Of a stretch of 64,000 bases of DNA, positions 33,875-46,755 are shown piece by piece. Under the pieces are notes generated by a model, which ran no database searches, was not told the DNA's origin, and saw nothing but the letters and a program-made list of their open reading frames with translations. Position 1 is the first letter of the stretch, and every line of letters starts with the position of its first letter. The position numbers and the translations under genes were made by a program. The stretch is from Macrostomum lignano (lineage: Eukaryota): NCBI GenBank assembly GCA_002269645.1, contig NIVC01001799.1:1-64000 (forward strand), in the 5' to 3' direction.

Positions 33875-36062
33875 GCCCAATTAGCCAGGCTATTTTAGTC
33901 TGTGTGTGAAAGGATGGAGAAAAGTTTTTTATCAATACTTGTAGATCCAAAAAGCAAGGTCAGAATAAGCTGATTTTGCACAGATCACTTCAGCACCGTT
34001 CAGGCTTTCATTGGATTACTTTGTTACCGAATTATCCCAGGAGTAGTTGACTAAACGGGCATTGTCAAAATTGAAACAGAGTTTGGCAAAGTTGAAGCTC
34101 GATCTGTCAATATTGATTGCAGATTTTGAGTGCCCGGCCATAGAGTGTCAATATTGAAGAGGAGTTTGTCAACTTCAAAGTTCTCCTTGTTCAAGATCGA
34201 GGGTAAAATGGTGTAAAGCAATCGTATTTTCAGCTTATTTAGCTGTAGAAATTCAGAAATAAAGCTAAATAAACTTTGGTTTTATAGCCTAGTCTGCAAT
34301 TATTTAAATTAGCTAGTAGGTTGACATAATTAGATAAAGCTGGTATATAGCATTTCACATATAACAAAAAATAATAGGACTTCATACTTACCCTGTAAGT
34401 TCGTAGCTCAATCCAATTAACAAGTTAATTCTTAGTTTCACTTTCAGCCCCCGACCGCGTGTTGTGAGACCGACTTCTGTCTACTCTATTATATAATTTT
34501 ATTTTATCTGTATGCCTCAACCCCGGGCCAAAGTGTTGGATGTAAAAACGATCAATCGATAATTCTACGTCAGCAGGGGGGGGGGGGGGTCCAAAACTGT
34601 CGGAGCAAGCTTATTGGCTGGGAGGAGGGCTGCCCCCATTCTTGACATAGACATAAGACTAGTTCGCCAAACTCCCCACGCCTAAGGGGCAACGCACTGT
34701 TGTACTCGTAAGCAGCTTGTTTATCAGACTACATAGGCCATAGACAGCCTGCTTGGGCCGGGTTTAGTACAGAACAGCAACGTTAAAATCTGGTAATGTT
34801 AGAGATAGGAGAAATGATAGGCAAGGAAATTAATAAAAGTGAAAAAAAGAAGACGAGAGGGGAGGGGAGGAGAGGAGAGAAAAGAGAGGAAAGAGAAGAT
34901 TAGAGAGAATGGAGCTGAGAAAAGACACAAACCTTGAGCAGGCCGGATTGTCATTGTAAAATTTCAAAGGACCCGAGAGCCGGATAAAGTCAAGTGTGGC
35001 TTGCGAGCCGGGCGACTTTAGCCGACCCCTGCAAGGAGATGTCAATATTTCTATGTTAATTTTATTGGCTCTGCTAAAATAAAAAGTCCAAATTTAAATT
35101 AATTAAATTACAAATGTTTGTCGATTTCAGTAACCTCAGCTAAATCCGATATTTATTTAGTAGATAATATTCGACTAGCACCTTGGGAAGCAAGCTCACG
35201 CAGACCATTAGTTAGTAACCTATTAGTGTACAAGCGAAGCAGAGTGAAACATCAGTAGGTTGTTTAGTAGGTACTCGTAAGCTGAATTATGGTTAAACGA
35301 AAGCTTCAACACATTTGTAGCCATTATTTCCCACATACCCTCGTACACATTTTACACTAATGCAAAAGATAAGCAAGGTAGATAGATAAAAAACGTGGGA
35401 AAGCATAAGCAGTCACGTGATGAAATGATGAAGTTTGAAATTTATACCGAGGAGCAATCTGTAGAATACGTGTGAAGTGTAGCTCGTATATACAATGGCA
35501 GGTGTTCATTGAAGAGTGCACCTATTATTTGCTTATAGTGAGTTTTTCTAATTAATTGCTAGTGCATAAATATTATCAGCCTATAGATAGTGAGTCAAGT
35601 TTCACATCAGTAGTGATAACGCGCATGAACGTACTAATTCACTGATCAGATTTACAAGAAAATCAGCACACTGTCGAAAGGAAATATTTACAAGAAAATT
35701 TATTTTTTTGTTATCAAGGCGCTATAAGGCACTAATATCATACTATATAATCGTTTTGACTTGAATGATTTTTGTCTTAAAGGAATATTAAGCTACACAT
35801 CCGGTGAAAAATATAAACTAGGCATCTATGAATGCAGTTACTTATTTGATTATCGGAAAATGATCTACCTTTAATAGGCTTGCTTGCTAAAGTAACATTT
35901 AACTGCTTCATAAGAATTGCCATAACCTTGCTTGCATCATAACTTAGTCCGCTTACAAAATCAAAGTAATCCGGCTAATCAAAGTTAACTTTAAATAGTT
36001 TAAATAGTTTGAAGCAAGCAAGAGATTGGGCAGTGTCGCACAGTTCAAGCAAAGCACGTCAA

Positions 36063-39000
36063 TTAAAAATCAGATTTTCGTTTTCCGCCCGAAGCAGGCG
36101 AACACTTCACTCCCACACGGTTCATTGCGTATCGATAAGGCGAATGCTGCAACAGGTGGAACTCGCGTCCCGGATGCGCCAGCATGTGATGCCGGAACAC
36201 GTGACGCCTAAGGCCGTATAACCGGCCGCACAGGGTGCACTTGTGCCCTGGGATGCTTAGGTGATGACGGACAATGTGACCGCGAATCAGGCCGGCCGAA
36301 GTGGCCGTGAGACTGCAGAGACTGCATCTGTAGGTATCCTCGGCACTTGCACCATCGACTGCCGAGGCGACGAATTTTATTACGTGGTGACTCTCGGGTA
36401 TTGGAGGTCTGTCTCGGGTCGGTTTCATCTCGACTGGCTCTCCATCGCTGTCACCTTCTGGCTGTTCGGCAGCTTCAGCGCACGCAGGCGTCGGTGACTT
36501 CCCCGGAGTCGAACAGCCCTGTCGCTGTTTCCGATCAGGCTTAGACGATTCGACCAATAGGAAACCAGAGCTGCGACTGAAGGCGGGCGGAACAAATGTC
36601 AGTAAACTTGATATAATTTCATCTCCACTGTTTCAGAAATAACCAAATCACTGGGCTTACTACTTTGAGTAGCTTCTTAAGCTGTATTCTGAGCTAAATA
36701 AAGCTAAATAATAATGATTGATTACACCTGCCCTAATGGGCAGATGTGCAATCGACAGCTCAGCCGCAGCCATTGCGCGGCGCATCTGAAGGCTGCGTAC
36801 GGCTGTTCAGTCCAAGGACTGGGGGGTCGCCACACACACCCTCAATTACCCCAGCTAATGCTGGCACCCTCGGCCATTTTACAGCTGGGTGAGCTGGAGC
36901 AATGCAGAGTTAAATGTCTTGCTCAAGGACACAAATTGTTCCGAGTGAGTCAAGAATCGAACCCCCGACCTTCAACTCGTGAGTCCGACGCTCTCACTAC
37001 TAGGCGACAACCCCCCGACTAAAACCCACGCTAAAACCTACCGACCCAAGGCTAAAACCTACGAGTAGCAAGAATAGAGCGTGAAGCTAATCTCTTATAG
37101 GAAGCGCTAAAATCCTCTGTTAACTTAATTCGATGCGTCTTGTCACCTATTATTAGCAGTCTGTCTGTCAGTCTTTCTTCGAGTAGTTGAAGTGGTGCCC
37201 TTCCACTTCAGCCTCGCCAGATGTAGAAGCAGTTGATCCGGCAATAATCGGTTGTCGTCTCTACTTAACCTGCTCGCGTGCATGCAAGTCGTCTTGTAGC
37301 GGTCAGGCACCTTGGCATGGACTCCCAGGATGTGCTTGCGAATGTCGCCCATGCCGTGCGGACTGATGGCCGAGCAGCCGGAGCAGCGGAATGCTCGCCG
37401 ATTGGAATGCCGCGTCACCGCCACTTTGTAAGTGCTATAGTAGTCCATTTTGGTGCGCAGGACAGCCAGGGTATTCTGGAATTCGTAGAATTGCTAACCA
37501 TATGCAAAACAGTTGAAGCAAATCTCATTCAACAAAAGCCATTTTTTTAATTTCGGCTTTCAAATTGATTTCTCTTAAATTCAAATTTCTGCGATAGACA
37601 GGTGTAGCCTCGCCAGGCAATCTGGTCGTTGAAGCTACATCTCACTTTGTCAAAGTTAAATCTCACTTCTTCCAAGCTACATCTCAACTGTTCAAAAGCT
37701 AAATCTCAGACCTGCTCAAAAGCTACCGGTAAACCTTACCTGGTCACAAATTCCATTCATCAAAGTCTGCAGTGCACTCCAAGAATACGGCAAATCAATG
37801 ACTCGCTCAAGCTCGCTCTCAGTCAGAGACATCAGTGTAGACAGTCGCTGCTCCTCAGTGGCCTCTTCGTGCGGCTGAATGGGCAGCTGCGGAAGCGGCA
37901 TCACTGATGCCGGAGATGCCGGACTGTACAGCAGCGAAGGAAACTCGGCGCCGCTGTCTTCGCCATCGAAGCTCCTCAAAATGGCGGCGACTCTGCCAGG
38001 CCGTTCAGTAGCCAGCCGGAGCAGCATTTGGTCTGGGTAGAGCCGCCAGTTATTCTCCCTGGAGATTCTGCTGGCCTGACAGCAGACCGTCAGCAAGTCG
38101 TGACCGATGCGGGCGTGCACGCCCATCACGTGACGCCTAGCGTCGGCTAGAGTGCTTGGTCGGACGGTTGCATTCGGACGTCGGATGGTGTGGAACACGC
38201 GGCCGCACTGGCATTTGTACGCCACCGTCCGTCCGCGGCGCATCTGCCGGACAAGACGGTAGTCGGAGTAGGCTCGCATCTTTTGCATGAGCTCGGCCCG
38301 CTGCTCAGGCTCGTTGCACTGATCTTTGAGCAGCAGAACCAGCGCAGACTCAGAGAATGGCAAGCTGATCTCCTCTTCCTCGTCGACACCTTCCGCTGCT
38401 TCGAAGTGGCTGGCGTTCTGACCGAAGTGCAGCTGGCTGGTTGCCGCGCTGTCCAGCTGCCGAATCTGCTGCTGGCTGCCGATGCCGGTTCGAGAAGTTT
38501 TGTGTGCTACACTCGCGTCCGCTCTGCCGCTGCTCGGTCGCTTCTGAGGCTCACGCAATATTTGGGACAGAGCGGAGCAGGCCGGCTTCGAACGGCTCCG
38601 CAGAACTTTTGGCACCTTAACCGACTCGTCGATAGGAGTCACGACCCGACTGCTCGTCACTTCTTCGTGGATGCGAATCGCCTGAATATTTTTATTGACA
38701 ATATTTAAACCACGCTCGTATTTCGGAGAGTACAGACGCAATAAAAAAGGTTGAGGATCTGGTAGGATGGAAGACCAACTGAGGCATCTTTACAAGACCA
38801 ACGTGTCTCGAGCAGCAAGTTCAGGGCTGGGGGTATACAAAAACGTCGAAGTTACCCGAATATTATTCGTTCATTCAAACACAGTCCCTACAGGGCGCAT
38901 TGCATGCAAGCTGCAGACCCAACGAAGCTTTTCGGAGATTTGTGAAACGAAACACACCGTGCTGCATGGTCCAGGCCCTGTGGAGCGGCCCGGGCAAGCG

Positions 39001-42000
39001 GCAGTCAACCACTTGTTCGTCTTGGCTTGCCTTGTTTCATTTCTACTAAGCGCAGCACGAGCCATAGGCGGCATTGACGGGTGGGCCCTTGCCGTCCTGG
39101 CGAACTGATAAAACAATATCGCCCCCCGCCCCGGCCGCGCTGCACTGCAGAGAGGCATAGTAGCCAGGCGTTGAGCTGCATGAAAGCCATACAGTCAAAG
39201 CCGAACGGATTTGTTTGTCCATGGGGCAGCTGTTCCTTCGTTCAGCACTGATTCAGAGACGCGCACGCAGCGAAGAAGGCGTGGGGGGGGGGTTGGCTAC
39301 AGCCCCTTAGCCCTGGGGGTCTCTTCTCCACAGGGCTAGTTTGTCGCGTCGAGACTGGCGACTTTGTGATTTCCTGATATTTCTGCTTTTACCCGGCGGT
39401 ACCGCCGGCCGCTACGCCACCCCTGAAACCCCCCACAACCGAAATTAGTGAGGCTTCTGCGCAGGGGAGGATCGCGAACACTTCGAAATCTCGCACCAAG
39501 GTCTGTTTAGGTTCGCTCGTTGAAATTGGAGTGAATTGAGTGCTATATGCGCACTAATTTGCCACCTTGTGTGCGTGTGGAGACAAGAGGTATTGGCTGC
39601 CAGCCACCGCAACAAAATCCGCAACACACAGGTTTGAGTCGGGACTGTTTCTAAATGCTTCATTGCATCCATATACTCCAATTGTTTTATTCCCAGTGGA
39701 AAATGCGATGGCGGATGTGCAGCTTCCCTTATGCTAGCTTGATTCTCAGAAGAGGAAGTGCAGATTCCCTTATGCTTTTCGAGTCCAGCTACGAGCGCTC
39801 TGTGAGAGGAGCTTCAGAAGCACTTTCAAATGGATTAATTCTCAAAATGGACTACTCAGCCTAAGAATGCAGCTTCTGTTCTAATCTAGGTAATTATTAC
39901 TGCATAACAGGGGAGGATACAGGGGGACAGGGACTTCGATTGTTTTCGTTTGTTTCTGGTCTCTGCTGATTATATTCCGTCAGCTATTGCAGTTCATAGG
40001 CTTTGCAATGGCAAACAGGTATGCATGCCTCGGGGCTTGATCGATCAGGATTGCCTTTCAAAGCCCCTTACGAACAGTCAAAGATTTTTTCTCGTTGTTT
40101 GTTGTCTTTTCGTTGCTTTTCCGTTTCTATTATCGAACTCGCAAAATTCAGGTTTCCATCTTCTGTGCTCTGAAATCCCCGCGAATTAGAATCTGAAATC
40201 CCCGCCCATTAGAATCCGAAATCCCCGCCAATTGGACTCTGAAATCCCTGCCAATTAGACTGTGAAATCCCTGCCAGTTAGACTCTGAAATGCCTGCCAA
40301 TTAGACTCTGAAATCCCTGTCAATTAGAATCCGGAATCCCCGCCAATTAGAATCCAGAATCCCCGCCAATTAGAAACTGAAATCCCCGCCAATTAGAATT
40401 CGGAATCCCCGCCAATTAGAATCCGGAATCCCCGCCAATTAGAATCCGAAGCCTTAGTAATGAGAATCAGAAATGAAAAAGCATATCGTTAGCTGTCCAG
40501 CTTGTTAACCTAAAAGCTTAATAAACATCCAGCAACTACAAAACCACAGTGCAACGCACCCATAAGTCAAAGCAGAAACGAGAAAGGCAGGTAGTGAGGG
40601 CCAAGCAACAGCTCAGAAAGATGAGATCTGTGTATAGACCTATGCTACGGAAGCAGGCGAGGACTATAAAGCCAGAGGGTCCGAGCGACTGGGAGTGTCA
40701 CCGACCGTGTGTGTGACAGGAAATCAGAGAGACCGGGCTCGCTTGTTGGTACGCACGCCAGGGGGGGGGAGGGGCGATCCAGCTGTACCCGCCTGACTGC
40801 CTCACCCACCCGAGAGCTGACTGCATGCTTGTATCGTCGAGGTGAGAGAGAGACAGGCAGACCGACGGAGAATCAGAATTAAGAGCGCGAGGGTTTGCTT
40901 GGGCTGTTGGGTTGTGAATAGGCCAGGGGTCACAGCTTGAGAGCCTGGCCAAATGGCCTAGCGCACTCAGCTCTGCACAACCTGCTATTGACTACTGAGT
41001 CAGTCAGTCAGTCAGTCAGTCAGTCAGTCAGTCAGTCAGTCAGTCAGTCAGTCAGTCAGTCAGTCAGTCAGTCAGTCAGTCAGTCAGTCAGTCAGTCAGT
41101 CAGTCAGTCAGTCAGTCAGTCAGTCAGTCAGTCAGTCAGTCAGTCAGTCAGTCAGTCAGTCAGTCAGTCAGTCAGTCAGTCAGTCAGTCAGTCAGTCAGT
41201 CAGTCAGTCAGTCAGTCAGTCAGTCAGTCAGTCAGTCAGTCAGTCAGTCAGTCAGTCAGTCAGTCAGTCAGTCAGTCAGTCAGTCAGTCAGTCAGTCAGT
41301 CAGTCAGTCAGTCAGTCAGTCAGTCAGTCAGTCAGTCAGTCAGTCAGTCAGTCAGTCAGTCAGTCAGTCAGTCAGTCAGTCAGTCAGTCAGTCAGTCAGT
41401 CAGTCAGTCAGTCAGTCAGTCAGTCAGTCAGTCAGTCAGTCAGTCAGTCAGTCAGTCAGTCAGTCAGTCAGTCAGTCAGTCAGTCAGTCAGTCTCAGACT
41501 CACCCCACTCAGGGGATGCTCAGAAACAATATGCTCATCAATTCTGGCGGCGTCAGTGGACGCCAAGCCGCACTCTGAGCAGTGGTTCAGCCCGAATCTT
41601 AGACAGCCTTCCTCGCCGTCCTTGCCGCTGCATTCAGCCTGATGACTGACAAAGGCCTTCCAGCTCATCGCGCAGAACTGGCAGTTTGGACAGGTGAGCG
41701 ATGAAGCGCCCGAGTGGCGGTTGGCGCTGACTAATAAGCCGCTGGCGAAGCTGTCCGCATCGCTGTGGCATCGGTCGACATGCTGCTGAACAGCCAGCTG
41801 GGAGGGACTCTTTACTAGGCAGCCGGGCACTCGGCAGTGGTGCAGCAGCCCAGATGAAGCCGACGAGTCAGTTGAGAAATGTCCAACTAGATGTGCTGCT
41901 ATGTCGGAGAGCGCTAGGTCAGCGAAACAGTAGGGGCAGGGCATTGGCACCGCCTCCGGGCCTTCGCTGTGGTGCTGCGATTTCAAGTGCTGGATGAGTT

Positions 42001-42154
42001 GATCCGGCTGCCAGGCGGAGAAGGCCAAGCAGTGTCCGCAGACGAAGCAGCCGCTAGCGGATTCGAGAGCGCAGACTGTGTTGAAAAGGCGGGTCTGACG
42101 TTCCTGCTGCGAGAGCAAGATGGCGCGGTGGCGCCTCAGTTTGGCTATGAGGAC
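36063..42154 (-). CDS. Multi-exon C2H2 zinc-finger protein (partial model; exons ~41504-42154, 37740-38758, ~37147-37493, ~36063-36557)
   Basis: Repeated CxxC...HxxxH motifs in each segment, with GT/AG boundaries found at 41502/42155, 37738 and 37494. 5' exons not identified. Confidence 0.7.
36700..37015 (-). mobile_element. tRNA-derived SINE in a zinc-finger gene intron
   Basis: Minus-strand head with A-box-like TAGTAGTGAGAGC and B-box GGTTCGATTC, central GTGTCCTTGAGCAAGACATTTAAC, and an (ATT)n-like tail. Confidence 0.7.
40170..40450. repeat. Minisatellite, ~22-bp unit (GAAATCCCCGCCAATTAGAATCC)
   Basis: About 12 diverged tandem units. Confidence 0.9.
40998..41492. repeat. (CAGT)n microsatellite, ~495 bp, uninterrupted
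   Basis: Directly visible; lies a few bases from the splice donor at 41502-41503. Confidence 0.99.
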
Positions 42155-45049
42155 CTGCAATTAGGATAAGAATGTTGCATAGCGCAGATTTTATTAAAGA
42201 CAAATAAACTTTCACAAATTAAAAAAATGCACGTCATTTTCTTGTCACATCAAAAAACACATTGTATACACATGCTGCAGTACAGAATAATCTAGCTAAA
42301 ATGTTTCAAAATTCTTAGTGTGTAAAAATATTTTTAGCTGATCACATACTACTATTTATATAGTCCTATATAACAAAAGTCTTATAAATAATAATATATT
42401 ATAAACACAGATAAATATGAATATTGCTTTCTCACAAGCAAAAATTTAATTAATTTAGTGGTATGTAAAACTTAATAACTTAATATAAAATATTTTAAGC
42501 ACAATTAAAAAGCTTAAAAAAACATCTAAAATTTTAGAAGACAACTGTAAAGTAAAACTGATTTAAAAATCAAATAATTTAAAAAACTAATAATATGTTG
42601 TAAAAAGACTTACAATAGCTGATAATGTATCGACTTGTTTGGTTTGAGAAGAAGTGCAGTTTAATTCACTTAAACCTTTAATAGTCTGGTAATTCATGTT
42701 TGTAGAAAATAGCAAACCAGATAGAACTACGAACTAATATTAAAGTAGCACTAGCTATCTATAAGCCAGATTTCTCATAGCTGAAACAGCGTATTAAAAC
42801 GGTTCCACCGAAGCATGCTCAAATCTGCGCAAGCTTTATTTCCACAACAATATTAACAAATATACACGAGCTTTATGTATAAAATAAATCTCACCATTAA
42901 ATATTGTTACCCAGAAGATTATCTTAAGCTATTGTGTTTATGCCCTCTTAACTGAGCAATAAAAAGTAGTTAGGCGTTATTTTAATATTATATAGTTCTT
43001 TCCGCCCAGCTTACCATTTTCAGGAAGTTACATTTACACTTAATAGAGATGAGAATATTAATAAAAACCCTAATTAGAATGTTCGTTTTTTCTAGCATGC
43101 TTTTCTTTGCTCCATTGAATTTTTAAAAGCCTTGCTGGCAAAGTAAGAAATCCGATCGTGTTATAAAATGCGAATTAACAGAGCCGTCAACATGCAGACT
43201 CCGTCAAACTGATTTATGTGTACAGTACTTTTTGGTTACTATATTCGAATTCGTTGACATTTTCCAGCAATCCATTTAGTTAACTGTTGGGATTTGTATT
43301 ATATGGCATGTAGTATTCGTTATGATTACTTTCCAAATAATTACTTGACTTTTTCGTTCCAAAATTAAAAAAATATATTATAAATTTTGTAACTATAATA
43401 ATTTGTTAGAATGTTATTCCTTTGCATGTAAATACTGTTGAAACATGGTAGAACCCTCTGTAATTGGATATTAAAAATATTTGTTCGTTGGACTCAATTG
43501 GAGTGATACGCGTTGCTATGCCACTGCCGCTGTGAGTTAGCATCGCAAATTCGTCCTATAGCTCCTGTATTTCTAAAGTGCGGCCATCCCCGTTTTTTCT
43601 CGTGTTTTGATCAAAAACATTTAAAGTGCATTTATCGCGTGCTTCTTCTTCAGAATATATATTTGCATCGCACGTCACACACTATCCATTTTAATGTGAC
43701 GTGCGATCACCACTAGCTATTGCTCAACATTTTTCCAATATTCATTCTTAATCTATCTCACCGTAATAAAATCAACCGAACTATTAATACAAAGTTCAGA
43801 GCATTAGCCATTCAAATCTCTGTCTGCCTCTGCCTATTTTCTCATTTGCCATGAACCGTGGCATGAATTAAGTGTGAAATAGAGAGTGCGCCTGTCGCAG
43901 GGAATGGATAGAAGCTGAGGACCCTCGTACACCGAGTATGAGGCGAATCCAACCTAATAATCATAGCACCATGAGCTCTCTCTGGGACCTGCACTTCCCC
44001 ATCCGAGCCCATCTAGGAGGAATTGTAGCCTAAGGCCTAGCATCACCAACCAACTAAAGATCCCCCTATTCAAAAGTCCTCGTTTCCAGCACTGACTAGA
44101 CTGTCCCTTGTATGCCTCGCATAGAGTCCCTTAATCGGCCATTTCTAGCACAGTTGTTGGGGTCAAGAACCTTATAGTCTGCTACAGACCGGGATTCCCG
44201 TCTCGATTCCCGTGGGATTTTAATTTCACCGGGTGTACTCCTGCACAGGTGACTGGTGGCGGCCACGCGCCTTTGGCATGTTACTTCAAACAACCCGGGC
44301 TCGCGCTGTCTAGATAAATGGGATCTTGGCCGCAACGTCATCTACCACACCATCCAGAGGCGGACAAAAAGTCTAGGGGACGAGGTCTGGCGGCTGTAAC
44401 TTTCAGCGCCAGAGCTCAGGGGTTTGCAGAGGTATTCTCAGCATGCAACCCAGCAGGTTACGTCAAAAAAAGTAATTTTGAACTTTGAAAACATTCAGAA
44501 TATTAATGATTAGTTTTATTAAACTTTTCTACTAAGACTACTGCGGACTTTCCTTCCGCAGTAGTATTCAGGGTGTATATGTCTTAGTTTTGTTTATTTA
44601 TTTGTCTCATTTGGATAACTTTTAATTTTCTTGAAAATAAGTGAAAAACTTGCAGCATGAGTTGACCGTTCATGGGGTTGCAAAAGAAATCAAAAGTTGT
44701 TAGTTAGTTCTGAGCTTTTTTTAGCCACCCGAGAGATACTGTCTGTGGTAAATCCTTCACTTCACGCCACAGAATATAGACAGAATGGCCGATCAGCCCT
44801 CTCGCAGAAAAATCTGCCGCAAAAAGTATTTGCATATTTAGCTACTTTTGTGGTGAAGAAAGATAGTAGTCACTTATACTTACTCGTATGCGGCTCGGAA
44901 AGGTTCTGCCATAGACGACTGAGACTGCGAGAAGCAGCAGCCGATGCCATAGAATATACAGTATATTCTGTGGCAGCGGCTGCTGCTACTGACATTAATA
45001 AGGCAGTGATTGGCAGCAACGAAGGCATTAACAGAGACAACTTTAACAT

Positions 45050-45445
45050 TATGACAGCATAAAGAAGGCAATGCGCGCTGCTTATGGCTGCCAGAATTAC
45101 ACAAACAAATGTCCTGCACAAACGAGATTTCATCGTTTCCCAGAAAACCGTGAAAGGTATGTTCATGTACATGCGTGACTTGCCTGCTATTGCCACACAG
45201 TCATTCACTGAAACCTAACTACTGTAGGTGTGAAGATTGGGCTCGGCGCATTTTCCGATCAGACCTCTTGGGCAAGAAAAACGAAGCGAGGTGGAAGAAC
45301 GCTGTCGTGTGCAGCCACCATTTTCCCGACAGCATGTACGTGTGTCCTGACCAGAGACATGAGCCTGGGGTCAGACTGATGCCCACGGCATACCCGACGC
45401 TCCAGCTGTACAAAGAAACAGCAGAACCTTACCGCTGCAGTTAAC
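45050..45445 (+). pseudogene. THAP domain remnant, homologue of the 23.7-24.1 kb THAP
   Basis: YGCQNY..CPAQTRFHRFPENRER|(intron)CEDWARRIFRSDL..VVCSHHF..AYPTLQL, with the same intron position as the 23.8 kb copy. Confidence 0.8.
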
Positions 45446-46154
45446 AGAATGGGACTCACGCTTTCCGGCATCGTGTGTGACCAGGAGTCTACTCAGTGGC
45501 AGTGCTTGCGACAGTTAGGGGCGAATCCTGATCGCCCTTCCGTGTGCATCGAAGTAGACGGAGTTCAGTCACTGATTCCAGCTTAAATCGATGTTCCTCA
45601 TTGCTTAAAGAACATGCGAAATGCTCTGCATAAACATTGCATTGAATTTGATTATAGAGGCACTCGAAAAACTGCAAACTGGGCAGATATCGTTGCTGTG
45701 GCTCAAGTAGAACTAGGAAAGCCTGGAATCAATCATTAATCAGCCTAGGCACTGCCAAACCTGTTAATTTTAAATTCTGAAGCAGTATCTAAGTTTATAG
45801 AATCATACGCAGAGTCAACATATATTATAAATATATATATGCATATCGAATTTTCATAACTACTGCTCCGCTTCACCACAAAAGTAGTTTGTTTGCATAT
45901 TAATTTCCAAACATCCCGCGACAGCCGATCGGGCATTCTGTCTATATTCTGTGCTTCACGCTGTGCCAACTGCATTGCAGCTTTGCCTTAATGGCCATAG
46001 ACTGTCAATTGCCACAGACAGCCAGCGACATTCTTTTTCTATAGTTTATATCTTATCTGCAAAGTTTAATTCGTTCAAGAATAAAATAGTCTATGGTAAA
46101 AACCCAAACTCTAGCTTCCCTTTTCAACCCCTACTAGACTGGCATTAAACTAAA

Positions 46155-46755
46155 CTGTCCGTCAAAAGTTCCGGAACCCTTGCTACGATGTCTTCTAGCG
46201 GACATAATTTCAGTCCGTTTCAATTGTAACTTGATTCAAATGAAAGCTGCGGATCTCAGCTCCATGATGTGGTCAAGAAAAAGTTTATTCGAAGGAGCGC
46301 GTGTGAACAGGCCAGTGTTATGTACATAAAGGTTAGAGAAAAAAAGTGAGGAAAAGACAGACAAGCAATTGTTTTTTACTCTTTTACTCTCCCATGAAAG
46401 CCGACTGCACAAGAATCCATAAGAGCCTGTTGATTTCAACACAAGTTTTGGCCATAGACTAATGTTAGCCAGGCTGAACACTGCGCGCAAACCGATTCCT
46501 TCCCATGTGTGTTTGCTCCATAGACTCAGCAACCATAGACAATTGCTTGTTTGTCTTTTCCTCACTTTTTTCTCTAACCTTTATGTACATAACACTGGCC
46601 TGTTCACACGCGCTCCTTCGAATAAACTTTTTCTTGACCACATCATGGAGCTGAGCTCCACAGCTTTCATTTGAATCAAGTTACAATTGAAACGGACTGA
46701 AATTATGTCCGCTAGAAGACATCGTAGCAAGGGTTCCGGAACTTTTGACGGACAG
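46155..46755. mobile_element. Foldback MITE, 601 bp with ~217-bp TIRs (Tc1/mariner-like TA ends)
   Basis: 46155-46371 is the near-perfect reverse complement of 46540-46755. Right flank TA, left flank AA. Confidence 0.88.

Noticed and set aside
33900-34010. THAP-like RW...FCTDHF remnant
   Set aside because: Too short and too degraded to list as a feature.
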